Assembly (NCBI RefSeq): GCF_028641065.1
Contig: NC_073396.1
Location: 20,398,001 to 20,462,000 of the forward strand
Source of the DNA: Leucoraja erinacea
Taxonomy: Eukaryota
Reading direction: 5' to 3'
Length of the DNA: 64,000 bases
How positions within the stretch are numbered: the stretch's first letter is position 1; each line of letters opens with the position of its first letter. The position numbers and the translations under genes were made by a program. Shown here one piece after another: positions 26,690-39,084 of this stretch. Below the pieces are notes generated by a model. It searched no databases. It saw nothing but the letters and a program-made list of their open reading frames with translations, and was not told where the DNA came from.

Positions 26690-27160
26690 TTTTACCCTCC
26701 CCGAGCTGTGCTAATTCTTCCACCTCAGCTGCACGCAGTTTGCTCTTTAAAGTCCCTGGAGATCTTGCTGGCCTTTCTGTCCTGGAGGAATAGCACCTCA
26801 TATTTCGTTTGGGCAACTCACAACCCAGTGGTATGAGATTGATTTCTCTAATGTCAAGTAACCCTTGCTTCCCCTTTCCCACCCCCACCCAAGTCACCCT
26901 GTTAGTTCCACTGTGTGGTATCCCTTCGTTATCACCTCTTTCATTGTTGTGGGCTCCACCTTTCCTGGGTCCTCTGTGCCGGTTGATTTGTTTTGAACTT
27001 TTTCTCATCTCTAGTTTCCCTCTCCCCTGACTCTCAGTCAGAAAAAGGGTCTCGACCCGAAACCTCACCTATTCCTTTTCTCCAGAGATGTGGCCCGACC
27101 CGCTGAGTTTCTCTGGCATCGTTTGCCTACTAGGTGTGTAAACCAGCGCTTGCAGATCAT
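26690..27160 (+). mobile_element. Penelope-like 3' end + pLTR remnant
   Basis: LEE*HLIFRLGNSQPSGMRLI-like remnant followed by a degenerate HHR-bearing repeat. Confidence 0.65.
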
Positions 27161-27399
27161 TCATACACATTAAATTTGACCCGGTTCCATTCCAGCCCGT
27201 TTCTCGGCGGGCCCGCGAGCATGGTACATCTAGTCTTGCAACAGACACCGTGGGCCGAAGGGCCTGTTCCTGTGCTGCACCGTTCTTCGCTCTATGTTCC
27301 AATAACGGAGCGGGGTGCTCCCCCTCGGACACTGTGTGTGCAGCCCCTCCATATTAACTTCCAGCATTTGCTACTTTAGTTTCGGATGTCCAGCGCCTG

Positions 27400-27770
27400 C
27401 ACTTTACAGGGAACCGGTCGCTGATTTGCAACGTTTTATGAAGTTCTGTAGGAATTGCAGCCGCCGATCCGCAATTGGCTGAGTGCAATCCGCTGTTGTC
27501 CGCAGCCTGGAGTTGCCAAGTTACAGAAAGTTCAGGCAGAGTTTGGACTCGACCATGCAATCCAATTTAATAAATTGCACGTTTTGGATTGCTTGCATTT
27601 TTTTTTTGCAACAGCTAAAATGCAACGTATACGGCTTCTTCGTGTTAATGTTTTTATTTTCCTTCAAGTTTGCAAAGATAATGTGTTTAAAAAAAGGTTG
27701 AGAATGAACCCTTCCGTCTCCAGTGGCAACGGAGCAACAGTGGAGCAGGAGGGCAGCGAGCTTCCGTAAC
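27400..27770 (+). promoter_or_regulatory. Candidate VWA3A promoter / non-coding first exon with RFX X-box-like and CCAAT motifs
   Basis: unique sequence upstream of the first coding exon; ATTGG at 27474; GTTGCCAAGTTAC at 27512; GTCTCCAGTGGCAAC at 27716; possible donor at 27766. Confidence 0.45.
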
Positions 27771-27959
27771 CTGCTCATCAGCGCTCGATGCAGAAGGGCC
27801 CCGGCCAGAAACGTCGCCTCTTCATTCCCCTCTGCAGACGCTGCCCAACGCGCGGAGTTCCTGCAGCACTTTCGCTCAAGATTCCGACAACTGCGGCTCT
27901 AGCCGTCGATCACCGCGAATCTGGGACCAGATACGTGTAAATCATTCACCGTCCCGGGA

Positions 27960-28830
27960 CAGAGGCACAGAGAAGATTTAGGATGTTGCCAGGATTGGCG
28001 GGTCTGGACTATAGGGAGACATTGAGTAGGCTGGGACCCTATTCCATGGAGCACGGGAGGGTGAGGGTTGATCTTTATAGAGGTGTATAAGATCATGAGA
28101 GGAATAGATCGAGTAGATGCACCGAGTCTCTTGCCCAGAGTAGGTGAATCAAGGACCAGTGGACAGAGGTTCAAGGTGAAGGGGAAAAGATTTAATAGGA
28201 ATCTGAGGGGTAACTTTTTCACATAAAGGCTGGTGGGTGTATGGAACAAGCTGCCAGATGGGGTGGTTGAGGGAGGGACTGTCCCATCGGTTAAGAAACA
28301 ATTAGACAGGTACATGGATAGGATAGGTTTGGTATAGGGTGATTTCACGAAAGGTCACTGGAGCGTAGATGAATTTCATCAAAAGTAAGGCATTATTAAC
28401 TTATTTTTGATGAAATTCAGCGAGCAAACGCGATAATTCTCGATGTTTTGGATCTTTAAATCTCCACGGCAAATGTCTGCTAAGCACTTCCGCTGTTTTT
28501 CCACCTTCAGTTCCCTCTTGTAATTACCTTACTTTCTATCTTTTTTTTTGCCTGAAAATTTAGGTCGCTGTGCTTCACGGTCACCCCGACTAGCACAGAA
28601 AATTTCAGCTCAAATGTCGGCCGTTTTCCATGTTTTTAACGGGTGGGAAAGTGCGTGTTTTCCCATTCATTAACATGTACCGATGTATAACATGTACTCC
28701 AGTTGAGATTTTCGGTCACGTGGGTGCGGATCTACGCTCCAGTGACCTTTCGTGAAATCACCCTATAGCTGGGACATGTTGGCCGGTGTGGGCAAGTTGG
28801 GCTGAAGGGCCTGTTTCCACACTCTGACTA
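27960..28830 (+). mobile_element. CR1 LINE 3' fragment interrupted by MITE
   Basis: same CR1 tail motifs (gaggtgtataagatcatgagagg; gggctgaagggcctgtttcc end). Confidence 0.8.
28337..28763. mobile_element. MITE with perfect 34-bp TIRs and TATA flanks, inserted in a CR1 tail
   Basis: GGGTGATTTCACGAAAGGTCACTGGAGCGTAGAT at 28337-28370 and its exact reverse complement at 28730-28763. Confidence 0.85.
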
Positions 28831-29047
28831 TGATCTGTCAATCGCCATGTATCTGGGAGCAGACTTGTCAACCACTCAATGAAGGGCAGGGGTCATTGGT
28901 GATGGTATTGGGATGATAAGAGGTGGAGAATAATCTGTTTATGTTGTAAATTGTTTAATTTTGTGGAGCAGGAGTTGTCCAGTTTGCTGCAGATAACTTG
29001 TTTCTCTGCAGTCAGCGGCGGTGGCTGGCTGCCTGCACGGTGCCAGC

Positions 29048-29103
29048 ATGAACCAGACCATGGCCGACATCCTGGCAAACCAGCAGTTCCTCCGAAGCGC
29101 ATT
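29048..29103 (+). CDS. VWA3A: VWA3A probable first coding exon (MNQTMADILANQQFLRSAL)
   Basis: acceptor tttctctgcag ending 29011; ATGs at 29048 and 29060 (accATGg Kozak); TT|gtaagt donor in phase 2 matches the next exon; N-terminus not recognisably conserved. Confidence 0.55.
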
Positions 29104-32100
29104 GTAAGTCCCTTCAACACAATCAGCGGAAGGTGGGGAATATGTCTGGCCAACCCGACTCACCTCAGAGTCAGGGTTAAAGTTTCGAGTTCACTGCCGC
29201 TGAGTTTCCCCGGCACTCTGAGTAAAACACAGAGCAGGAGGAGGCGCAGGGAACTGCAGATGCTTGAACCTCGAGCAAAACACAAAGTGCAGGAGGAACC
29301 AGCAGGTCTGGCAGCATCAGCGGAGCGTATAAACAAGGATCTGCAGATGCCAGTTTACGCAAAGGGACACAAAGTTCTGGAGTAACTCAGCGGGTCAGGC
29401 AGCATCTATGAAGAACACGGAAAGTTTATGTTTCGGGTCGGAACCTTTCTTCAGATTGATTCTCCATTCCCTCCACAGAAGCTGCCTGACTCGCTGAGTT
29501 CCTCCAGCACTTTGTGTTTTGCTCAGTATTCCAGTATCTGCAGTTCCCTGTGTCTCTGAGCCATCTGGCATGTGGATTGGCAACTTTACAGTGAATGCAC
29601 TCCATTGGAGAAGTGCTTGATAAATTCTGAGGGTAGAAACATTGCTTGGGAATCCCAGTCTTTTAATTCACGTTAAAGATTTTGGACATCTTTTAAAAGT
29701 GACCATTGTGCCAGGTTTGTCGAGGTTGTTCTGTTAGAACACGAGAGTGGCGTTACACAGAAACCTCACATCAGAGACAATCACCTGATGNNNNNNNNNN
29801 NNNNNNNNNNNNNNNNNNNNNNNNNNNNNNNNNNNNNNNNNNNNNNNNNNNNNNNNNNNNNNNNNNNNNNNNNNNNNNNNNNNNNNNNNNNNNNNNNNNN
29901 NNNNNNNNNNNNNNNNNNNNNNNNNNNNNNNNNNNNNNNNNNNNNNNNNNNNNNNNNNNNNNNNNNNNNNNNNNNNNNNNNNNNNNNNAGACTCGCAATA
30001 ACTCAGTTATTTCTTTTATAGGATAATCCAAAAAAAAAAGTGTTTTTATTAACTGCAAGTTATTTTTGTTGCTGCTAAAAAAATACTAAAGGCTGTACGT
30101 TACTGAATTTGTCGATTGAAAGATACAGCATGGAAACAGACCTTCGGCCCACCAAGTCTACACCGACCATCAATCACCCCTTCACATTAGTTCTGTTATC
30201 CCACTTTCTCATCCACTCCCTACACATAGAAACAGGAAATAGATGCAGGACTAGGCCATTTGGCCCTTCGAGCCAACACCACCATTCAATATGATCATGG
30301 CTGATCATCCAAAATCAGTACCCCGTTCCAGCTTTCTCCCCATATCCATTGATTCCATTAGCCCTAAGAGCTAAATCTAACTCTCTCTTCAAAACACCCA
30401 GTGAATTGGCCTCCAGCCTTCTGTGGCGGAGAATTCCACAGATTCACAACTCAGATACACATTAGGGACAATTTACAGAGGACCAATAAACCTGCAAACC
30501 CACATGTCTTTGGAGTGTGGGAGGAAACCGGAGACGTTGCAGAGATGGATTATCAACGGAAACCGTTGGTTCTGCAGGTTTTGTTCTGTCCCAGCCCAGA
30601 GATACGTTGCATAGAAACAGCTGGAGGCCATTCTGCCCTTCCACAGGGAACAGCAGGAGGCCATTCTGCCCTTCCACAGGGAACAGCAGGAGGCCATTCC
30701 TCCTTGGATCAGCTAAGGCCTTTCTGCCCCTCGATTAGGAACAACAGGAGGTTTATGACGGTGCACAGGGATTCCTAATTATTGGACCGAATTATGCCAG
30801 TTGGGAGTTGTTGATTTTTGACCAACATTTCTGCTTTATTTTGAGGCCAAAGTTTAGGAAAAGCCCCCTGCTACAGAGGGCAGCGTGGCAGGCACTGGAC
30901 ACGGCCGACCCTGAACCAGAGGATGGGTTACTGGTGACGCACGTCAATCAAACCCGCCAGCTGCTGGTACGTAAGGCCAGGAACTACCCACACTGCGATC
31001 TCACGCAGTAACAGTGGGGCAGTGACAGTGGAGCAGTGACTGTGACCAGTGGGGCAATGACGGTGACCAGTGGGGCAGTGACGGTGACCAGTGGGGCAGT
31101 GACCAGTGGGGCAGTGACAATGGGGCAGTGACAGTGACCAGTGGGGCAGTGACCAGTGGGGCAGTGACCAGTGGGACAATGACCAGTGGGGCAGTGACCA
31201 GTGGGGCAGTGACAATGGGGCAGTGACCAATGGGGCAGTGACAATGGGGCAGTGACAATGGGGCAGTGACAATGGGGCAGTGACCAGTGGGGCAGTGACC
31301 AGTGGGGCAGTGACGGTGACCAGTGGGGCAGTGACCAGTGGGACAATGACCAGTGTGGCAGTGACCAGTGGGGCAGTGACAATGGGGCAGTGACCAGTGG
31401 GGCAGTGACCAGTGGGGCAGTGACCAATGGGGCAGTGACAATGGGGCAGTGACAATGGGGCAGTGACAATGGGGCAGTGACCAGTGGGGCAGTGACTGAC
31501 CAGTGGGCCAGTGACGGTGACAGTGGGCCAGTGACCAGTGGGGCAGTGACAGTGACCAGTGGGGCAGTGGGGCAGTGACCAGTGGGGCAGTGACCAGTGG
31601 GGCAGTGACGGCAAGCAACTGCAGCTTCTGCTTTACCAAAGAAACAAACCAAGTGCTGGAGTATCTCGTCGGGTCAGGCAGCACGATAGGACTTTGGTCA
31701 GGTCACACTTGGAATATTATGTTCAGTTCAGGTCGCCCCCATTACAGGAAGGATGGGGATGCTTTGGAGAGGGTTTACCAGAATGATGCTCCCATTTCCC
31801 CCATTAGGCCCAGGCCCCTCTGAACTTTTCCTACTCAATTACCTGTCCATTTGCCTCCATGGATGCTGCCTGACCAGCTGAGTAACAACATAGAACAGTT
31901 CAGCACAGGAACAACACAATGTCCATGCTGAACATGATGCCAAGTCAAACTAATCTCTGCCTGCATGTGATCCATATCCCTCCATTCCCTGCATGTGATC
32001 CATGTGCCTATCTAAAAGCCTCTTACACACCACTGTCATATCTATCTGCACCACCACCCCTGGCAGCGTGTCCCAGGCACCCACCACCTTCGGAGTTCCT

Positions 32101-35100
32101 CCAGCAGTTTGCTTTTGGATCAAGATTCCAAGCTCCTCAGTCCCTCTCCGTCTCGACTTTTGCTTCCCGTTCATTCCACAGCATCTTGCGGCTCTGAAGG
32201 GGAGGCCATTTGGCCCGCTGTGGCTGTACCAGCTCACAGGGAGCTCTCCCTCTGATCCCACTCTCCCCCCTCCACCCGTACGTGTGTGCTGTGGCTCAGC
32301 TCCTCCCCCTGCTGTGCAACGCCGGTGTTGCAGCCAACCCATGACTCTCCTCACTTACCCCCCTGATCTCTCCAGCGAGTTTCCTCTCTCCCACAGGGAA
32401 CCCCTGCTTCCCCAGCCGTGCCTGCGGCCACCCAAACCTCCGAGGAATGGCTGGCCACTCACGGCCTGGAGCCCCAGCAACTGACCCTTCACCATCTTCT
32501 AACTGAAGGCTGTGTCATCAGGTGAGTCCAGCAGAGAGCTACACTATTGGCTTATTTATTGTTCAGAGATACAGCACGGAAACAGGCCCTTTAGCCCATC
32601 GATTCCATGCTGACCATTGTACAGAAGGCATTTCACCTACAAACCCGCACGCCCTTGGAGGAAACCAACACGGTTACAGGGAGAACATGCAAACTCCACA
32701 CTGACAGCACCCGAGGTCAGGATCGAACCTGGGTCAGTGTCACTGTGAGGCAGCGGATCTACCCGCGGCACCACTGCATTGCTCATGTGTACTGAGGCTA
32801 GTGAGAGTTTTTGTTTGAATGCTGATAAATCAGATCATGTTTTGTATGAGTGCAATCAGGCCATACACAAAATCCATCAAGTACTACACTTCACCCATCC
32901 TCGGCAAGGCCAGCAACATAAGCAAGGACGAGTCTCATCCCGGTTACTCCCTCTTCTCCCCTCTCCCATCAGGCAAGAGGTACAGAAGTGTGAAAACGCA
33001 CAGCTCCAAATTCAGGGATAGTTTCTTCCGAGCTGTTATCAGGCAACTGAAACATCCTCTCACCAACTAGAGCGCGGCCCTGACCTCCCATCTCCCTCAC
33101 GGGAGACCTTTGAACTTTCTTTAATCAGACTTGATTGTTACACTTTTGCACTAAATGTTGTAATTATAATCATATAATCATGATTATGGTCTTCTTTGAC
33201 TGGTTAGTACGCAACAAAAGCTTTTCACTGTACCTCGGTACATGTGGCCATAATAAACTAAACTAAACCAGTGCAAAGAGAAAACAAGCAAAGTACAGAA
33301 TGTGAGGAGTTGGAATATGTGTAGTTTATTAGGAGTTTGCTGGGGGTTTACCAGGAGTTTACCAGGGGCTGCACTGGCCTCCCCTCTCACCCCTGCTCTT
33401 CCCATTCTCCTCAGCAACAAGGACGAGGAGAAGGAGGTGAAGCATTTACAAGTCCGGTTGGACATCATCGAGAGCTTTGAATCCAGGGTCCGAGAGTAAG
33501 TCACTCCCTCTGCTTATTCTCTCAGATGGAGGACATTCAGTCCGTCGAATCCTCGCCTTTACAGATGTTTGTATATCTCCCCCACCATCCAACCTCCAGC
33601 CGCTCGCTGCGCAAGTACCGCCCGCCCACATTGTACCGGCCACACCAACCTGTCCAACACTTGTCTCATCACGATTCACACATTTGTTTATGACCTGTCC
33701 ATGTTCTCCACAGATGCTGTCTGATCTGCTGAGTTACTCCAGCACTCTGTCGTTTTGTGTAAACTAGCATCTTGTGTTCCTTGATTCTATCACTTGCCAG
33801 GCTTTGTCCCTCCCCTCACCACCTTACTCCCTCCCCACTACAATCAATCTGAAGAATGGTCCCGAGCAGAAACATCACCTGTCCATGTTCTCCACAGATG
33901 CTGCCTGACTCGCTGAGTTACTCCAGCACTCTCTTTTTTTGTAAACCAGCATGTACAGTTCCTTCTTTCTTCATTTATTTGAGGACATTTATCTCAGTAA
34001 CATTTATTTCATGAACATTTATTTGAAGACGTCTATTTCTGAACACTTATAACACGAACATTTCTTTCAGAATGATTGACGTCTACCAGAAGCGGATCAG
34101 TTGGCTGAAGGAAGGGAGCAGAAAGGTTTGGTGTTTTCTGTCCGTGGATTGGGGTAACTGACCACAGAAGAGGCCCTTTAGCCCTCTTGCTTGTGCTATC
34201 CCCTGTGAGCCTGGTTCCTTTACCCCATGGCTTTATTGAGAGGGCAGAGCATTAGTGAGAGGAGCAAAGTGTAAAGGAGATGTGAGGGGTGGGTTTGGTG
34301 CCTGGTTTAACATATCGAAGAGCCCATCGAGTCTCCTGTTCGTGTTCCGGGAGTCACGCAGGGATTGTCTCCCTCTCGGAGGGAGTTGGTGTTTCCGGCT
34401 CTGACCAGTTGTTTCTGCCCCTCTAGATGTTTGGGTTGGTGAAGGGGGCTCGGCTGGGAGTGCTGGTCGACTGTTCCGACGCCAACTGCGGACTTGGCCG
34501 GCAGCGAGAGTTGCAGCGAGATCTGCTGGTCAGTGTCTGTCCTCCACTGGGACCACGCGTGTGGCTGGCATGTCTGGTTTAGCGTTGTATGTGAAGCGTG
34601 TAGTGGTCTTGGAAGCTCTCAACATTGACTCCACACACCATGATGTTTAGTTTAGAGATACAGCGTGGAAACAGACCCTTCGACCAACCGAGTCCGCGCC
34701 GACCACCGATCACCCCCGTACACTTGCACTATCCTACACACTAAGGACAATTTACAATTTTATTGAAACCAATTAACCTACAAACCTGTACGTCTTTGGC
34801 ATGTGGGAGGAAACCGGAGAAAACATATGCGTTCACAGGGAGAGCGTACAAACTCTGTACAGACAGCACCTGAGGTCAGGAATAAACCCAGGTCTCTGGC
34901 GCTGTAAGGCAGCAACTCTACTGCTGCGCCACTGTGCCAACTGTCTGATAGCTTCAGGCCGTACATGGAGAAGGAAAGCTTCTTCTGTTCACCACCTACC
35001 ATCCTCCCTCAGCTGATGAACCAGGGGATGGAAGGCCACAGGCTATGGCCTGAGTGGACGACCTCAGTGACCTCCAACAGTAGCATCACACAGCAGCAGC

Positions 35101-38100
35101 ACGAAGCTGGCTGATTCTCAAAGGACATTTCTTCCAGATTGAATTTTCAGCATCTAGTGAATGAACCAACACAAGGGATAAACCTGCTGCTGTTGGTGTG
35201 TTATTGTCACGTGTGCCGAGGTACAGTGAAACGGAGATAGATAGATTCTTGATCAGTACGGGTGTCAGAGGTTATGGGGAGAAGGCAGGAGAATGGGGTT
35301 AGGAGGGAGAGATAGATCAGCCATGATTGAATGGCGGAGTAAACTTGATGGGCCAAATGGCCTAATTCCACTCCTATCCCTTATGACCTATGACCTTATG
35401 ACTCCGCTCTGCCAACCTGTCTGTCAATTTCCGCTTAAAATATACCCAATAACTTGGCCTCAAACCTGGATGGACTCAGTGGGTCAGGCAGCATCTGTGG
35501 AGGGAATTAGAGTTAGAAACATAGAAATTAGGTGCAGGAGTAGGCCATTCGGCCCTTCGAGCCTGCACCGCCATTCAATATGATCATGGCTGATCAAAGC
35601 TTCAGTATCCCGTACCTGCCTTCTCTCCATACAGGGGATCCTCTTAGCCACAAGGGCAACATCTAACTCCCTCTTAAATATAGCCAATGAACTGGCCTCA
35701 ACTACCCTCTGTCGCAGAGAGTTCCAGAGATTCACCACTCTCTGCGTGAAAAAAGTTCTTCTCATCTCGGTTTTAAAGGATTTCCCCTTTATCCTTAAGC
35801 TGTGACCCCTTGTCCTGGACTTCCCTAACATCGGGAAAATCTTCCTGCATCTAGCCTGTCCAACCCCTTAAGAATTTTTGTAAGTTTCTATAAGATCCCC
35901 TCTCAATCTTCTAAATTCTAGAGCCCTATAAACCAAGTCTATCCAGTCTGAGTTCAGTTTCACAGCAGCTCTGACCTCCCAGGAATCAGTCTGGTGATTC
36001 TATGGCAATAATGCCTTCCTCAGATTTGGAGACCAAAACTGTACGCAATACTCCAGGTGTGGGTCTCACCAAGACCCTGTACAACTGCAGTAGAACCTCT
36101 CTGCTCCTATACTCAAATCCTTTTGCAACGAAAGCTAACATACCATTCGCTTTCTTTACCGCCTGCTGCACCTGCATGCCTACCTTCAATGACTGGTGTA
36201 CCATGACACCCAGGTCTCGCGGCATCTCCCCCTTTCCCAATCGCCCACCATTTAGATAATAGGCCGTTGTGGCCCTTGTTCAGATTGTTGAGAGAAAGCT
36301 GGAAAATAGAGCGAAGCTTGGCAAGTGATAGGTGGATACAGGGGAGGGGAGGGTTTGATTGGCATATGTCACTTCTTTCACCCATCTGTAGTCTGCCTAC
36401 TTCCTTCCTCGGATGCTGCCTGACCCGCTGAGTTTCTCCAGCACTTTGTGTTTTACCTATACCATACATGAGTGCATGAGGTGGTGCAAAAGAGAAAATG
36501 TGCGTGCATGTGCGTGTCTCTCCCCCCCCCTCTGCTCTCCCCTAACACTATGCTCCCCCCCGCAGGCCCTTATGGATGAGCAGCTGAGTGGAGTTTCACA
36601 GCTCTACCTCCTCTCCTTCGGATCCGAGCTGCACCCGCTGTGGGACACTGCACGGGATCTCAACCTCCACACGTGAGCCCTGTTTGTCCGTGACACTTAT
36701 TCACGCCTTGCTCGCAGCACGGGTGATGCTTGAGACCCTCGAGGCTGGACCCCCAGCTCCTGGCCCCTCTCTCTCGCCTCCTGAAACACTCCATCCTCGC
36801 CCCTCCCCAGCTGCGAGGCTTCAGACTTCACATGGGACGTAGAACAGTCCAGCACGGGAACAAGCCCTTCGGCCCACTGTGTCCATGCCGACCAAGTCCC
36901 GGCCAATACATTACAGTTGATACTTTAGAGATACAGCACGAAAATAGGTTCTTCAGCCCACCGGGTCTGCACTGACCAGCGATCACCCCATACACTAGCA
37001 CTAACCAACACTAGGGATAGTTTACACTTTACAGAAGCCAATTAACCTGAAAACCTGTACATCTTTGGAGTGTGGGAGGAAACCAGAGCACCCGGAGAAA
37101 ACCTACACGGTCACAGGGAGAACGTACAAACTCCATACAGATAGCACCCGTAGTCATGATCGAAACTGGGTTTCTGGCGCTGTAAGGCAGCAGCTCTACC
37201 ACTGCACCACCATGCTGACTGTGATACATTATAGGAGATAAATTCCCCCGTACATTACCAGCCACACTCCCCCCTCACGAAAAGACATAGGAGCAGAATC
37301 AGGCCATTCAGCCCATCGAGTCTGTGCTGCCATCCGACACTTAATGCATGTCCCCCTGCAGGTTGCATGAGGCTCGGCAGTGGGTGCAGGCCCTGCAGCC
37401 CGGCGGGAGCTGCAACCTGTTGCAGGCCCTGAAGCGGGCGGTGAGGGTGCGGCGGCTCGACTCTCTGCTGCTGGTCCTGGGAACGAGGTAAGGGCATCGC
37501 GGGAGAGACCCGACCCCTGTACCGATCCACGACGCTGGGGGGTGGGAACAGGACAGGGAACGCCACAGGACACGGGTCATCATGCAGTTTTGTTTAATTC
37601 AGAGGTACAACATGGAAACAGGCCCTTCAGCCCACCATGTCCACACCGACCAGCATTAGATCTATCCTACACACTCGGGATAATAATATTTTATCCTTGT
37701 AATATTATTGCTGAGGTGACCCGTTGTCTTGTCAAACACATTTCATTGTACCGTTGACCCAGTGTTAACCTACATATGACAAATAAAACTGAATTGAATT
37801 GACAACTTACAATTTTACCGAAGTCAATTAACCTACAAACTCACACGTCTTTGGGATGTGGGAGGAAACCTGAGCAGCTGGAGAAAACTCATGGTCACAG
37901 GGAGAAAGTACAAACTCTGTACAGACAGCGACCATAGTCAGGATCGAACCCGGGTCTCTGGCGTTGTATGGCAGCAACTCTACTGCTGCGCCACCGTGCC
38001 GCCATCTTATCCTCCGTTCAGTCGGCTGATTGACAGTAAACTATGCCAGGGTGGGTGGGGGGGGGTGACATTGGGATGTGGACGGCGCTGTACAAATGCA

Positions 38101-39047
38101 GGTTCTCTCTCTCCCAGCCCTGACCAGCCCCCTGGGATTCTGGTCGACCATCTGCAGCAGTGCATGTTGGGAAGGTCCCTGCCTGTACAAACCGTGGCGT
38201 ATGACTGCAACCACCACACTGCCCAGGTAAGACTAGCTCAGGTTTACACACCGCCCAGGTAAGGCTAGGCCAAGCTCCACACAACCAGGTAAAGCTAGAC
38301 CAGGCTCCACACAACCAGGTAAGGCTAGGCCAGGCTCCACACAACCAGGTAAGGCTAGGCCACACAACCAGGTAAGGCTAGGCCACACCGCCCAGCTAGG
38401 CCACACACAACCAGGTAAGGCTAGGCCAGGCCAGGCTCCACACAACCAGGTAAGGCTGGGCCTGGGAGCCACAGATATAGATACAGATGCTGGTATCTTG
38501 AATGAAACTTGAGTGCAAGGAGAAACTCAGCGGGTCAAGGAGCATCTGTGGAGGGAAATGGAGAGTTTGAAGGGTCCCGACCCAAGACGTCACCTGTCCA
38601 TACCACTCCCTCCACAGATACTGCCTGACCTGCGGCGTGTCTCCTGCGGTCTGTGTTCAGCTACAAACTGGCACTACTGCGCACCAGAGGGGGGGGGGGT
38701 TTGTCAATCTGCATCGTCCCGGCTGTTGTCAAACTTCCCCAGGGTCGTGGAGACTGGTGATGGGTGTAGAGTAGAGGTGAATGTGTGGTTGTTGGTCAGC
38801 AGCGTGTAGGCCGGGTGGGCCGGCGTTCCTGTTTCTCTGCTCTATCTCTCTCTCGGTACGTTCTGTTTATCGCTGCCTCTCCCTCCCCGTATGCAGGAGA
38901 TGCTGAGATCTCTAGCTGAGCTGACCGGTGGTCGACATCACTCCTACTCAATGGGAACACAGGTAAATACTCCCCAGGCCCTTCCTCCCGGCCTGCTGGT
39001 ATTTTACCCCCTCCCCACCCCACTATCCTGCAATCGCCGAATGTGGC

Positions 39048-39084
<37 letters not shown>

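Noticed and set aside
29706-30058. ORFs spanning N runs (also 60375-60617)
   Set aside because: Artefacts of assembly gaps.
30616-30700. 33-bp direct repeats resembling a CRISPR array
   Set aside because: Head-to-tail duplication without spacers; eukaryotic intron; no cas genes.
30928-31684. Three ~225-aa minus-strand ORFs (CPTGH/VTAPL/SLPHW repeats)
   Set aside because: A 15-bp minisatellite open in all three frames; no splice or coding evidence.
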